In this document: piece by piece, positions 24,650 through 36,322 of the stretch
Layout of the letters: each line of letters starts with the position of its first letter
How positions within the stretch are numbered: the stretch's first letter is position 1
From: Mobula hypostoma
Taxonomy: Eukaryota
Assembly (NCBI RefSeq): GCF_963921235.1
Contig: NC_086118.1
Coordinates: 12,340,001 to 12,404,000 of the forward strand
Reading direction: 5' to 3'
DNA: 64,000 nt
Notes under the pieces: generated by a model
Database searches by the model: none
Told to the model about the DNA's origin: nothing
The model's input: only the letters and a program-made list of their open reading frames with translations
Translations under genes and position numbers: made by a program

Positions 24650-25421
24650 TTCAAGTTGAAGTTTACTGTCATCTGACTGCACATATATACAATCAAATGA
24701 AACAATGTTCCTCCTGACCACGGTGCATCCATACAACATATATCACACACGGCACATAAACCATAATACTATACTATAACTAAGCTAATGAAAAAGCATT
24801 CAAAATGCATGTAATAAAGCACAGCATGGGTAAACAGCAAACAGTTCACTGTCCTAGGACAAGACCTTGGTGGGGGCAGGGTATTCAATAGTCTCACAGC
24901 CTAAGGGAAGAAGCTGTTACCCAGCTCATAAGACGCAAAGTCATAATAAGATTGTGAGGTGAGAAGTCTATTTTATTTAGGGAGCCATTTAATAGCCTTA
25001 TAGCAGTGGGGTAGATGCCATCCCTGAGCTTGGTGTTATGTGCTTTAAGGCTTTTATTTCTGATGCCTGGTGGAAGAGGGGAGAAGAGTGATTGTCCAAG
25101 GTACGTGCGGTCTTTGGTTAAGCTGGCCACTTTATTGAGGCATTAAGAAGTATGCCCAGAGTCCATGGAGAGGAGGTTGGTTTCCATGATGTGCTGAGCT
25201 GTGTCCACAATTCTACAGGTTCTTGCATTCACATCCACAGCAGCTGCCTTACCAAACTGCTATGCATCCAGATAGGATGCTTTCTATGGTGCCCTGATGA
25301 AAATTGGTAAGGGTCGACAGGGACATGCCAAATTTCTTTCACCTCCTGAGGAAATAGAGGTGTTGGTAAGCTTTTTTGGCCAATGTGAATGGAGCAGGTC
25401 AGGCTACATCTACAGGTGATA
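24650..25421 (-). mobile_element. Rex1/Babar 3' region (continues at 27051-27150)
   Basis: KD..YLGQSLFSPLP.G.R.KSLKAH...IYPTAIRLLN; the sequence resumes after the Tc1 insertion. Confidence 0.75.
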
Positions 25422-27048
25422 CAGTTGAAGTCAGAAGTTCACATACACCTTAGCCAAATACATTTAAATTCAGTTTTTCACAATTCCTGACATTTAATCC
25501 TAGAAAACATTCCCTGTCTTAGGTCAGTTAGGATCACTACTTTATTTTAAGAATGCGTAATGTCAGAAAAATAGTAGAGAGAATGATTTATTTCAACTTT
25601 TATTTCTTTCATCACTTTCCCAGTGGGTCAGAAGTTTTACATACACTTTGTTAGAATTTGGTAGCATTGCCTTTAAATTGTTTAATTTGGGTCAAATGTT
25701 TTGGGTTGCCTTCCACAAGCTTCTCACAGCAAGTTGCTGGAATTTTGTTCCATTCCTCCAGACAGAACTGGTGTAACTGAGTCAGGTTTGTAGGCCTCCT
25801 TGCTCGCACATGCTTTTTCAGTTCTGCCCACAAATCTTCTATCGGATTGAGGTCAGAAAATGATGTCAAGTCTGGTTCATCCTTGGGAGCAATTTCCAAA
25901 CGCCTGAAGGTACCACGTTCATCTGTACAAACAATGGTATGCAAGTATAAACAGTATGGGACCACGCAGCCGTCATACTGTTCAGGAAGGAGACACATTC
26001 CGTCTCCTAGAGATGAACGTACATTGGTGAGAAAAGTGCAAATCAATCCCAGAACAACAGCAAAGGACCTTGTGAAGATGCTGGAGGAAACAGGTAGACA
26101 AGTATCTATATCCACAGTAAAACGAGTCCTATATCGACATAACTTGAAAGGCTGCTCAGTAAGGAAGAAGCCACTGCTCCAAAACCGCCATAAAAAAAGC
26201 CAGGCTACAGTTTGCAAGTGCACATGTGGACAAAGATCTTACTTTTTCGAGAAATGTCTTCTGGTCTGATGAAACAAAAATTGAACTGTTTGGCCATAAT
26301 GACCATTGTTATGTTTGGAGGAAAAAGGGTGAGGCTTGCAAGCCAAAGAACATCATCCCAACCGTGAAGCATGAGGGTGGCAGCATCATGTTGTGGGGGT
26401 GCTTTGCTGCAGGAGGGACTGGTGCACTTCACAAAATAGATGGCATCATGAAGAAGGAAAATTATGTCGATATATTGAAGCAACATCTCAAGACATCAGC
26501 CTGGAAGTTAAAGCTCGGTTGGAAATGGGTCTTCCAAATGGACAATGACCCCAAGCATACCTCAAAAGTTGTGGCAAAATTGCTTAAGGACAACAAAATG
26601 GAGTGACCATCACAAAGTCCTGACCTCAATCCGACAGAAAATATGTGGGCAGAACTGAAAAATTGTGTGCGAGCAAGGAGGCCTACAAACCTGACTCAGT
26701 TACATCAGTTCTGTCTGGAGGAATGGAACAAAATTCCAGCAGCTTACTGTGAGAAGCTTGTGGAAGGCCACCCAAAACGTTTGACCCAAGTTAAACAATT
26801 TAAAGACAATGTTACCAAATACTAACAAAGTGTATGTAAAACATTTGACCCACTGGGAAAGTGATGAAAGAAATAAAAGCTGAAATAAATCTTTCTCTCT
26901 ACCATTATCCTGACATTTCACATTCTTAAAATAGTGATCCTAACTGACCTAGACAGGGAATGTTTTCTAGGATTAAATGTCAGGAATTGTGAAAAACTGA
27001 GTTTAAATTTATTTGGCCAATGTGTATGTAAACTTCTGATTTTAACTG
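25422..27048 (+). mobile_element. Sleeping Beauty-type Tc1 (DD34E) transposon, rearranged and non-autonomous
   Basis: TA TSDs (25420-21, 27049-50), ends CAGTTGAAGTCAGAAGTT...AACTTCTGATTTTAACTG, inner DR CCCAGTGGGTCAGAAGTTTTACATACAC, and ~430-bp inverted arms. Confidence 0.95.
25867..26825 (+). pseudogene. SB-like Tc1 transposase, N-terminally truncated, frameshifted and with a premature stop
   Basis: KSGSSLGAISKRLKVPRSSVQT..., WSDETKIELFG, FQMDNDPKH, SPDLNP.EN.WAELK...QFKDNVTKY. Frameshift in the A-run near 26195 and small deletion/stop near 26600. Confidence 0.95.
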
Positions 27049-28679
27049 TATTTACTCCTACGAACTTAAAGCTCTCAAATCTCTTAACCTCAACACCATT
27101 GATGTAAATAGGAGCATGTGCACTTCCCCATCCCCACCCCTTCCTGTTTCTGACATATGTACATCAGTACCGAAGCAACACCAGGCTGCCTTCTTATTTT
27201 TAACTTCATCTGGCTTGGTGTTATTGGAGTAAGTGATTGGCGGTAGAGTGCAGGCTGAGAATGATCGTCATAGTATTGTACAGGACTGAAACAGGCCCTT
27301 TGGCCCATCATGCTTATGCTAGCTGTCATGTTTCCCTCTATACAAATCCCATTTATCATAGTTATCTATCTCTTGTTGTTTCAATTCCTACAGATTGTGG
27401 TGGAATACTATTCTACTACAGCTGATATTTCTAACAGGTCCTCACGGACAGCCAACTTTGAGCTGCTATACCCGGACATATGTCAGTGTTGTGCAGCATC
27501 CAGTTGTTTAGAGGTCATGCTCTGGTCTAGTTCAGTGAGTGGCAAGCCTACTTGCCCACACTACCCTGAGTGGCAATCTGGCCCTGAAGTTGGCTCCTGA
27601 TCAGTGAGGCCATGAGTTCGTGGAGAGTGTAAGTCTTTCTGACATTACAGGCTCTGCTCACAGAAAAGGTTAGTTGCTGGTTTAATCACACCACCAGACT
27701 TTCCAGCAGTCAAATCTGAAAAATCCTATAAATATCTCTGACAGGCATAATAACTGAAATATTCAAATATTACCATGTTATTAAAAGTAATAAAGATGAA
27801 TATTGTTAAAGAATTAATACTAGTTACCACACTTAACATGAGAATATGCTTAAAATTAATATTTCTAAATACATTACAATGACCAATTCAATACATTTAA
27901 AAACCTCAATTATGTAAAAAAGCACGTTACCTAAATCACATTGCTTTTCCTTAGAGTTGTTCCTCTCCATTGAAGTGAACGGGTCACTGAATCTGTCAGG
28001 TCTAACAACCAGATTATCCAGCATAGAGGCTGGTGAATTTCCAGAAATAGAACACCCTGTTGGAATCCATAGGGAATGAATGTTGGAATGGCATGAGAGA
28101 GAAGGCTTGGAACTCGTGTGAGTGGCCCTGAGGAATGATGTGAATTTTCAATATGGCTCTATTGGGGAAAAGTAGTTTTCACCACTAATCGATCCCTTTA
28201 AGCACAATGATGGCACCTCAGCATATAATGGAAGGTGGAAGTGCGAAGAGACTCTAACTCTCCGGTGTCAGGTTACTGGCCACTCCTTGAAATAATGATG
28301 TGGATAGATCCACTCACAATTGGTAGATTACTCGGGTGGATTAATGAGGGGAAGCAAAATGGTCCCCTCAATATCTACCTGTTTGATGTCCATGTCTTTT
28401 GGGTATTGGCCAGTTGGTTTCGTGGTGGTTCTTTGAATCCCTCGAGGCAGAATGTTGAAGGCTGCAGTCCAAGTTATTCTGCTGCCAATGATTACTCTGA
28501 CAAACTCTGATTCATCAGCTGAGGGAGGATTTACAAGACAAGCAACCAGGAGTTTCCTTACCCATGGTTGGTTTGATGCTGTCAGACATTATGGGAACCA
28601 GGCTAGTTCAGAAAGTTTAAAGCTCAAAATAAGTTCATTACCAAAGTACATATACCTTAACTCACCACATACAACCCTG

Positions 28680-29000
28680 AGGGAAAGATCTAAGGCTGGA
28701 GAGGAAGGAATGTGATAGGAGAGGAGGGTGGACAACAGGAGAAAGGGGAGGAGGAGGGAACCCAGGGTAATAGGCAAGTGAGAAGATGTGAGAGGTTGGA
28801 GTGGGGAATAGAGGTGGGGGGAGGGCAATTGTCTATCTGAAGGGGAAATTGATATTCGTGTCATCAAGGTGGAAGGTACCCGGACGGAATATAAGGTGTT
28901 GCTCCTCCACCCTGAGGGTGGCTGGCTTCATCTTGGCACAAGAGGAGGCCATGGATTGACACATCAGAATGGGAATGGGAATCGAAATTAAAATGTTTGG
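28680..29000 (-). mobile_element. Penelope-like fragment (GIY-YIG C-terminus + UTR)
   Basis: Minus strand encodes HFNFDSHSHSDVSIHGLL...TLRVEEQHLIFRPGT. Confidence 0.75.
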
Positions 29001-29136
29001 TCGACTTTCTTTTTAAACCAAGTTTCGCTTTGCATAGAAATCTAACAGATTATACCTGGGCCATCTATGGTCAAAAGGAGTTACAAGAATGGTCTTGCTA
29101 ATTACATTTAATAACCTTTAATTCTTTTTTTTATTT

Positions 29137-29565
29137 AGAAACATAAACATATAAAAAACCTACGGCCCAATCAGGCCCTTCGACCCACAAAGTTGTGCCG
29201 AACATGTCCCTACCTTAGAAATTACTAGGCTTACCAATAGCCCTCTATTTTACTTAAGCTCCATATACCTATCTAAATGTCTCTTCAAAGACCCTTTCAT
29301 ATCCGCCTCCACCACCGTTGCTGGCAGCCCATTCCACGCACTCACCACTCTCTGGGTAAAAAACTTACCCCTGATATCTCCTCTGTACCTGCTCCCCAGC
29401 ATCTTAAACCTGTGTCCTCTTGTGGCAACCATTACAGCCCTGGGAAAAAGACTCTGAATATCCACACGATCAGTGCCTCTCATCATCTTATACACCTCTG
29501 TCAGAGCACCTCTCATCCTCCGTTGCTCCAAGGAGTAAAGGCCGAGTTCACGCAACCTATTCAAC
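29137..29565 (-). mobile_element. CR1 3' fragment
   Basis: ORF 29250..29564 RLRELGLYSLEQRRMRG...FFTQRVVSAWNGLP. Confidence 0.9.
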
Positions 29566-30902
29566 CTATTAACCTATTTATGATAATATTTAATTTCTAC
29601 TATGAAATAATGGTCTAGCAATACTTTAAGAAGTTACTGAGGCACACACTATGAAGGATCTAAATTAACATTAATATTGGTGCAGCTGTCAACACAGGGG
29701 TTCTCAACATTCAGTATACAGTAAATTTAGCTTCTTCATGCAGTCAGGCTGAATTACTCTTCCAAATTGCTACCTTGGGAATAACATAAACCAATAAAGC
29801 AAACTGAGCAAATTAAAATGGTGCTAATATTTTTTATTACTAGTTTTAAAAAATGTTCTGGCAGCTAAATTTGCCCTTTAACCTTGAATTGACATTGCTT
29901 CTGAGGCCACCATAACAGAAAGTTCATTACCTGGTAATTGCACTGTTCAAAAAAGACAGACTTGACTTTATAATGCACCTCTCAGCATTATCCCAACCTT
30001 AAAATGTCCGGGAAATGATTCTGAGAGACAGAGATTGTAGTATCAGCCAACACAGCCACCATTTTACAAATGAGACAGGTACCATCTGGACATGGTAGGT
30101 GGAGCTGTACTTTCATGAATTGGCTACTTTGTGTGGTACATGGTACAGCATATTGAGTCACAGCAATTAAATAATCCCAAAGCTGGCTGCAGTATCCACT
30201 ACCATTTTGTCTGTCAGTGGTAACAGATCATAGTGTTATTTGGCTCTGGTGGTAAGGGGGATGAGGTTTAGCTTGTTCCAGGGCACCATTTGTTGTCACC
30301 AGAACTAGAGTTTAGCTGGCTTTCTCCTAAGGACAGCTCCACTCCTTCGTACTAGTTTCAGAAAGTGCCATCTTAACTCAAGCTTATTATAAGAGGCCTT
30401 AAATCACATCCGTTAACGTAAGGGCAGAGTGGTGATGTAGATTCTCTCCTTGATTCAAGCAGGAAGTAGGCAAATCAATTCAAGGGTAATTTCAATGGTT
30501 TTACTCTGTATTTCATGTTATATAACATTTCATGTTATATAATGGAGACATGAGAGAATGTACTTAGCACTGAAAACTGAACAGAAGACAAATCAGATAA
30601 CATCTGTGGAGGGCAATAGTCGATATTTTGATTTGAGATCCTTTATCTGCATCAAAATAGGAACTGGGAGATGGCTAGTATAAAGAGGGAAGGTCTCTCT
30701 ACTCTTTCATACCAGGTGAAGAGTCTAGACCCAAATTTGCCACTATCTATTTCTTTTCACAGATACTGCCTGACCCATTGATTCTGTCTAGCAGCTTGAT
30801 CTTAGCTGGGGCTTCTTAATGTTTGGTCTCAAGCTACTGAGTAAGTCGATAAGTAACGTGACATAGAATTTGAAAATGTTATGAGATATCTGAATTTAAA
30901 TA

Positions 30903-31210
30903 GGGCGCCATGGTAGCGTAGTAGTTAGCGCAAACCAATTACAGCTCAGGGCATTCCAGAGATTGGAGGTCAATTCCAGTGCCATTCTGTAAGGAGTCTT
31001 TGTATGTTCTCCCTGTGGAATGCATGGGTTTTCCCCGGGTGCTCCCGTTTCCTCCCACTGGCCAAAGATGTACCGGGTAGGTTATTTGGTCATTGCAAAT
31101 TGTCCCGTGATTAGGTTAGTGTAATCAGGTTTGTGGGGTTGCTGTGGAGAGGTGGTTGAAAGGGCCAGAAGGGCCTACTCCGAGCTTTATCGCTAAATAA
31201 ATAAATAAAA
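30903..31210 (+). mobile_element. tRNA-derived V-SINE (HE1-like)
   Basis: A-box-like TAGCGTAGTAG, B-box-like GGTCAATTCC, V-domain TGGGTTTTCCCCGGGTGCTCCCGTTTCCTCCCAC, CR1-like 3' hairpin region and (TAAA)n tail. Confidence 0.85.
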
Positions 31211-32683
31211 TTCGACTTTATGGAGTTGAAAGGTGTTTTCCACTAAAACTAATATTAAGAAACAAAAGTTTAGTGAGATAATGATGAGTTTGTAAAATGC
31301 CAACAGCTAGTGTACCCATAAAGTATCAGGCTATACAATTATATTAAATACAAGAGGAAGACCCCAATAACGACCTCAATCTCAATGATGGTGGAGTCCA
31401 GAACACAAGTGCCAATCAAAAGCTTAATGCCTCTGTAACATACTTCAGTCTGATGTGCCAAGTGTGTTATCCACCTTGGGTTTTTCTGCGGTTTCAACAT
31501 CAGGAGTCATCAGGAATCCAATTCATCTCACTGTGGCTACAACAGCAATACAAAGGTTGAATAGCAAATAATCTGCTGGAGGAACTCAATAGGTCAAGGT
31601 ATATCAGTAGGAGGAAAGGAAGTGTTGATGTTTAGGGTCAAATCTCTTCATCAGCACTCATGTCCTATTCCATAATGTGGAGTCAGAAATCCTAAGTTAT
31701 AACTGCTCCAGACATCAAGGTCCCCCAGGACAGCTTGTGTTGCTGCATGTTCCAGAATCCTCAGTCTCTTCTTGTATATTCAATCACTGGGTATCCCAGA
31801 ATGAGTGACTCGCCTTCTAGCGCCCAAATCATTTCCACCGCTTACATTGCACAGTTCAAGAGTGAAAATTTCCCCTTACCTAGGTGAGTACAGCTCCAAT
31901 ATTATTTCATACTTTTGAGACTCAAAGCTTCCTATTTACCACCAAAACATATCCACGCTCCACCACCAACACACCTTCATTGTGTACCATCTACAAGGTG
32001 CATTGACAATGGAAACTTCCAGACGTTTCTCTTCACTCACTCATCACAAGGACAACAAAGAAAATACCACCAATCCCAGGATCACTTTCATTCAAAGTTC
32101 ACAGTAAATTGTATTGTCAAAGTACATGTATGTCACCATATACAACCCTGAGGTTCATTTTCCTGTGGACAGCCTCAGCAAATCTATTGAATAGTAACTA
32201 TAACAGGATCAATGAAAAATCAACCAGAGTGCAGAAGACAACAAACTCTACAAATGCAAATATAAATAAATAGAAATAAATAATGAGAACATGAGATAAT
32301 GAGATAAAGAGTCCTCAAAGTGAGATCATTGGTTGTGGGAACATTTCAATGATGATGCAAGTGAGTGTAGTTATCCTCTTTTATTCAAGAACCTGATAGT
32401 TCAGGAGTAGTAACTGTTTTTGAACCAGCTGGTGCGAGTCCTGAGACTCTTGTACCTTCTACCTGATGAGAAGAGAGCATGAAATGGATGATGGGGATCT
32501 CACACAACATCTGGGATTAGAAGTACAGTATATCACCCATGGATCAAGACTCTAGATCTATAACTATTATGATTTTGGAGGCACCTTCACAAGAAATGCA
32601 TTGATGCAATGTGGCATCTCAACTTCTCCAGGAAAAGGAGGAATGGGCAGGTCAGGAATATCCACATCTCATAAATGAAAGAT

Positions 32684-34000
32684 ATAAGAACATAAGAAAT
32701 AGGGGCAGGAATTGGCCATCTGGTCCATCAAGCTTGCTCCACCATTCAGTAAGATCATGGATGACCTAACCATGGACTCATCTTCACCTACTTGCCTTTC
32801 CCCCATAACTCTTAATTCCCCTACCATGTAAAACTCTATCCAACCTCATCTTAAATATACTTACTGAGGTAGCCTTCACTATGTCCCCTATGTCCCCTAG
32901 TTCTAGTCTCACCTACCACTGGAAACAACTTTCCTGCCACTATCTTATCTATCCCTTTCATAATTGTACATGTTTCTATAAGATCTCTTCTCATTGTGAC
33001 GAGAATACACATAAAATTAAGATGTTTGCTGGCCTAGGTTAGCATCAGTGACATCAGCAGGTGGTCTGCCACCTGCCCTCAGGGGAAGGAGAGATAAGGA
33101 ACAATGGAGCAGCGTCTGGAGATGTGTAATGAAGGGAAGGGGGAGAGAGAGCTGTCTGGAGCGGCTCCCCCCTTTGAACCTTGAACTGTTTGAAGTGATG
33201 GACAGGCGATACCCCAGCAGGGGGATAAAAAGGGACCGGTTCGCTAAGGCAACACACACGACACCCGAGGTAACGAGACCCTGGAAGCGGTACGCCTCTC
33301 ACGAGTCGGTGAGAAGTATCAGACAACGCCCGGGGTGGAAAGGTACGATCAGCGGGAACCCGGTGTGTGTCCGCCCTTGCCTGGGTACCGTGTTCACTGC
33401 AGAGGATCGACCGCATCTGGAGGAGGGGTCACAGTCGGTGACCTCAGGTGACCTCACCAAGGACCCGCCCAAAAGCTGTTTGTGAGCCATCTCGCCGGTC
33501 TGTGAGTGAAGCCGTGTCTGAATGATCAGTTGTTCCTGTTCTATCTCTCTCTTTCCCCCACGTTGTCCATCGCCATGGCAACGATTACTGCGAACTGAAC
33601 TACTAAACTGGACTGAACTTTGAGTCACTTTGAAATTTGGTCATTTACCCCTAGACAACGATAGAGCTTGATTGATGCTGTTATCTTAATTCTGTGCGCA
33701 TGTGTGTTTATCATCGCTGAGCTGTTGCATTTATTATCCTTTCGATTACCGTGTTGCTTGTTTCTTTAATAAAACTTTCTTAGTCCTAGTACTCCAGACT
33801 CCAACTGAGTGATCCATTTCTGCTGGTTTGGCAACCCAGTTACGGGGTACGTAACATCATCCTTCTGAATTCCAGCGAGTACAGTTCCAGGTGACTTAAT
33901 CTCTCCTCATAGTCTAACCCCCCCATCTCTGGGATCAACCTGGTGAACTTCCTCTGCACCACCCCCAAAGCCAATATATCCTTTCTTAAGTAAGGAGATA
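32684..34000 (-). mobile_element. CR1 3' fragment split by a solo LTR
   Basis: Tail ATAAGAACATAAG at 32684; RT motif SPYLRKDILAL..VQRKFTRLIP at 33860-34000. Confidence 0.85.
32995..33856 (+). mobile_element. Solo LTR (862 bp, 4-bp TSD TCAT)
   Basis: TGTGAC...GTAACA termini, TCAT at 32991-94 and 33857-60, TATA-like GATAAAA near 33224, AATAAA 33768-73; CpG-rich. Confidence 0.9.
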
Positions 34001-34080
34001 AGTAAAGAATTCTGAAAGTTATAAGAAAGTTTGACATACATTCACTAAAATAGGGCTTGGTTGAAGAAGAAACATAAAAC

Positions 34081-34375
34081 TGTTCCACATGGCCAAGTGG
34101 TTAGGGTGTTGGACTAGCGATCTGATGGTCGTGAGGTTGAACCCCAGCCGAGGCAACGTGTTGTGTCTTTGAGCAAGGCACTTAACCACACACTGCTCCA
34201 GTCCACCCAGCTGAAGGTGGGTACCGGCAAAAGTGCTGGGGGTTAACCTCGCGATAGACTAGCGTCCTATCCAGGGGGGCAGTCTCGTACTCTCAGTCAC
34301 TTCACGCCACGGAAATCGGCATAAGCACGGGCCTGATGAGCCTATAAGGCTCGAGACAGACTTTAATTTTAACTA
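34081..34375 (+). mobile_element. tRNA-derived CORE-type SINE
   Basis: A box TGGCCAAGTGG (34090), B-box-like GGTTGAACCC (34135), CORE-like GTGTCTTTGAGCAAGGCACTTAACC, and 3' hairpin GAGCC-TATAA-GGCTC. Confidence 0.8.
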
Positions 34376-34509
34376 ACTTTATTTTAGGTAGGCTTACACC
34401 GACTGTTTTAAGTAGTTGAGTGGTAGAAAAGAAGAGGAGGTAGATAAAATATTAACTTCTCTAATTATATGACAGCGGGAACTTCCTTATGAAGGATTTA
34501 CCATAGGTA

Positions 34510-35125
34510 TTCAGGGTGATGAAGGCTTTCATCAATCAGAGCACTGAGTACAGAAGTTGAGAGGTCATGGTGCAGTTGTCCAAAACATTGGTGAGGCTAC
34601 ACTTAGTGTTGTGTTCATTTTTGGTTGCCCTGCCATAGGAAAGATGTTATTCAACTGGAAGGAGTGAAGAAAAATTGACAACGATGTTGTCAGTTCTTGG
34701 GGGACTGAGTGAGAGGGAGAAGTTGAACAGGCTAGGACTTGTCTTTCTTGGAGTATGAGACTGAGGGATGATCTTACAGAAGCGTATAAAATCAGGAGGG
34801 ACATAGAGTAAATAGGGTGAAAGCACCCAGTTTATTTCCAAGGGCTGGGAATTCAAGAACTAGAGCTCATGGCTTTAAGGTGAGAGGGGAAACCTTCTTC
34901 ACACAGAGGTGATCAGTATGAGAAACAAACTGCCAGAGGAAATGGTTGAAGCAAGTACATCAACAACTTTTTGAAGATAGCTGGACAATTAGATGGGAAA
35001 GAATGTTTAGAAGGATGTGCGCCAAACCAGGCAAATGGGACAAACTTAGATGGGCGTCTTGGTCGGCATGGACCAGGTCACCAATTGGGACAGGGGTCCT
35101 GTTTCTGTGCTGTCTGACTAGATGA
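34510..35125 (+). mobile_element. CR1 3' fragment (old)
   Basis: Degenerate AFI....EY.S.EVM.QL.KTLVR..L..CV.FW.P and FFTQRV motifs plus 3' UTR. Confidence 0.8.
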
Positions 35126-35154
35126 CTGCCAGAGAATTGCTAGGAGGTGGAATT

Positions 35155-35730
35155 TAGAATCAGAATCAGAATAAGGTTTCGTATGACTGGCGCATGTTGT
35201 GAAATTTATTGTTATGTGGCAGCATTACAATGCAATACATAAAAATAAAAACATTAAATTACCGTATATATATTTACATTTGTTTATTAGTATATACATA
35301 CTTACTGTACTTCACAGTTTCTTATACGTATATAAGATAGTTAAATTAATAAGTAGCACAAAAAAAATAGTGAGGTAGTGTTCATGGTTTCAATGTCCAT
35401 TCAAAAATCTGATGGCAGACAGGTAGAAGCTGTTCCTGAATCACTGAGTGTGTGCCTTCGGGCTACTATACCTCCTCCCTGATGGTAGCAGTGAGAAGAG
35501 GGCATGTCCTGGGCGATGGGGGTCCTTCACGATGGATGCTGCCTTTTTGAGGCATTTCTCCTTGAAGATGTCCTGGGTGCTATGGATGCCAGTGTGCATG
35601 ATGGAGCTGGCTGTGTTCATAGCTTGCTACAACTCCTTTGGATCCTGTACAATAGTCCCCAACCCCACCATACTGGACAGTAATGCAGCCAGTTAGAGAG
35701 TTTTCCATGGTACATCTGTAGAAATTGCAG
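35155..35730 (-). mobile_element. Rex1/Babar 3' fragment
   Basis: (ATTCTG)n tail seen as AGAATC repeats on plus; antisense of KKAASIVKDPHRPGHALFSLLPSGRR. Confidence 0.85.
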
Positions 35731-36302
35731 GGTTAAAGGCAGAGGGAATGTATTAATATTTTGGATTTGATTTGATAGTGAAAGAAGGCAAAACAGGTGA
35801 ACAGGTACAACAAGAAAAGTGCTCAGACCTACCTGCATCTTTGGAAGGCAAATGTTGCATGGATTTGTTGGGGTGATTCGGCTTTTCCGCTACAGCAAGG
35901 CTTCCCAACCTTGTTTATGCTATGGACTCTTACCATTAACCAAGGGGTCAATGGACCCCATTGGAAACTCCTGGTCTACAGTACTGCTTATGATTTGCAG
36001 GTTACTTTGGCTGAGCAGTATAACACAGAATTTCATGCTGCACATCATAGAATGAGACATCAGTAGAAGCACTCGCCTTAGTTGCAGTGCGGTATATTTT
36101 AGCAGAAAGTAGTAGAAGGCAGATGAAAAGGGATCTCACTGCCCGATCCAGCCACAGTCGACCAGGCAATGGTGAGCTTGACCCTGCAGACCGTGAACTC
36201 TGTTACCCCTGAAAGACCCCCGTCTGCCCCGAGATTTATGATTGGGTGAACAAGCGGTGACTTTGAATGTGTAAATTTGCCTGACTGAGTTTCCTCTTAC
36301 TG

Positions 36303-36322
36303 CTCTCTCTCTCTCTCTCTCT
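36303..36322. repeat. (CT)10 microsatellite
   Basis: Directly visible. Confidence 0.95.

Noticed and set aside
27400..27640. Possible ancient RTE RT remnant
   Set aside because: Too degenerate to support by eye.
33048..33628. ORFs of 109-145 aa within the solo LTR
   Set aside because: GC-rich LTR sequence yields chance ORFs on both strands; no domain motifs.
34333..34358. CTGATGAG-hairpin in the SINE tail as a hammerhead ribozyme
   Set aside because: No GAAA after the stem (GGCTCGAGAC); better explained as the 3' recognition stem-loop of the SINE.
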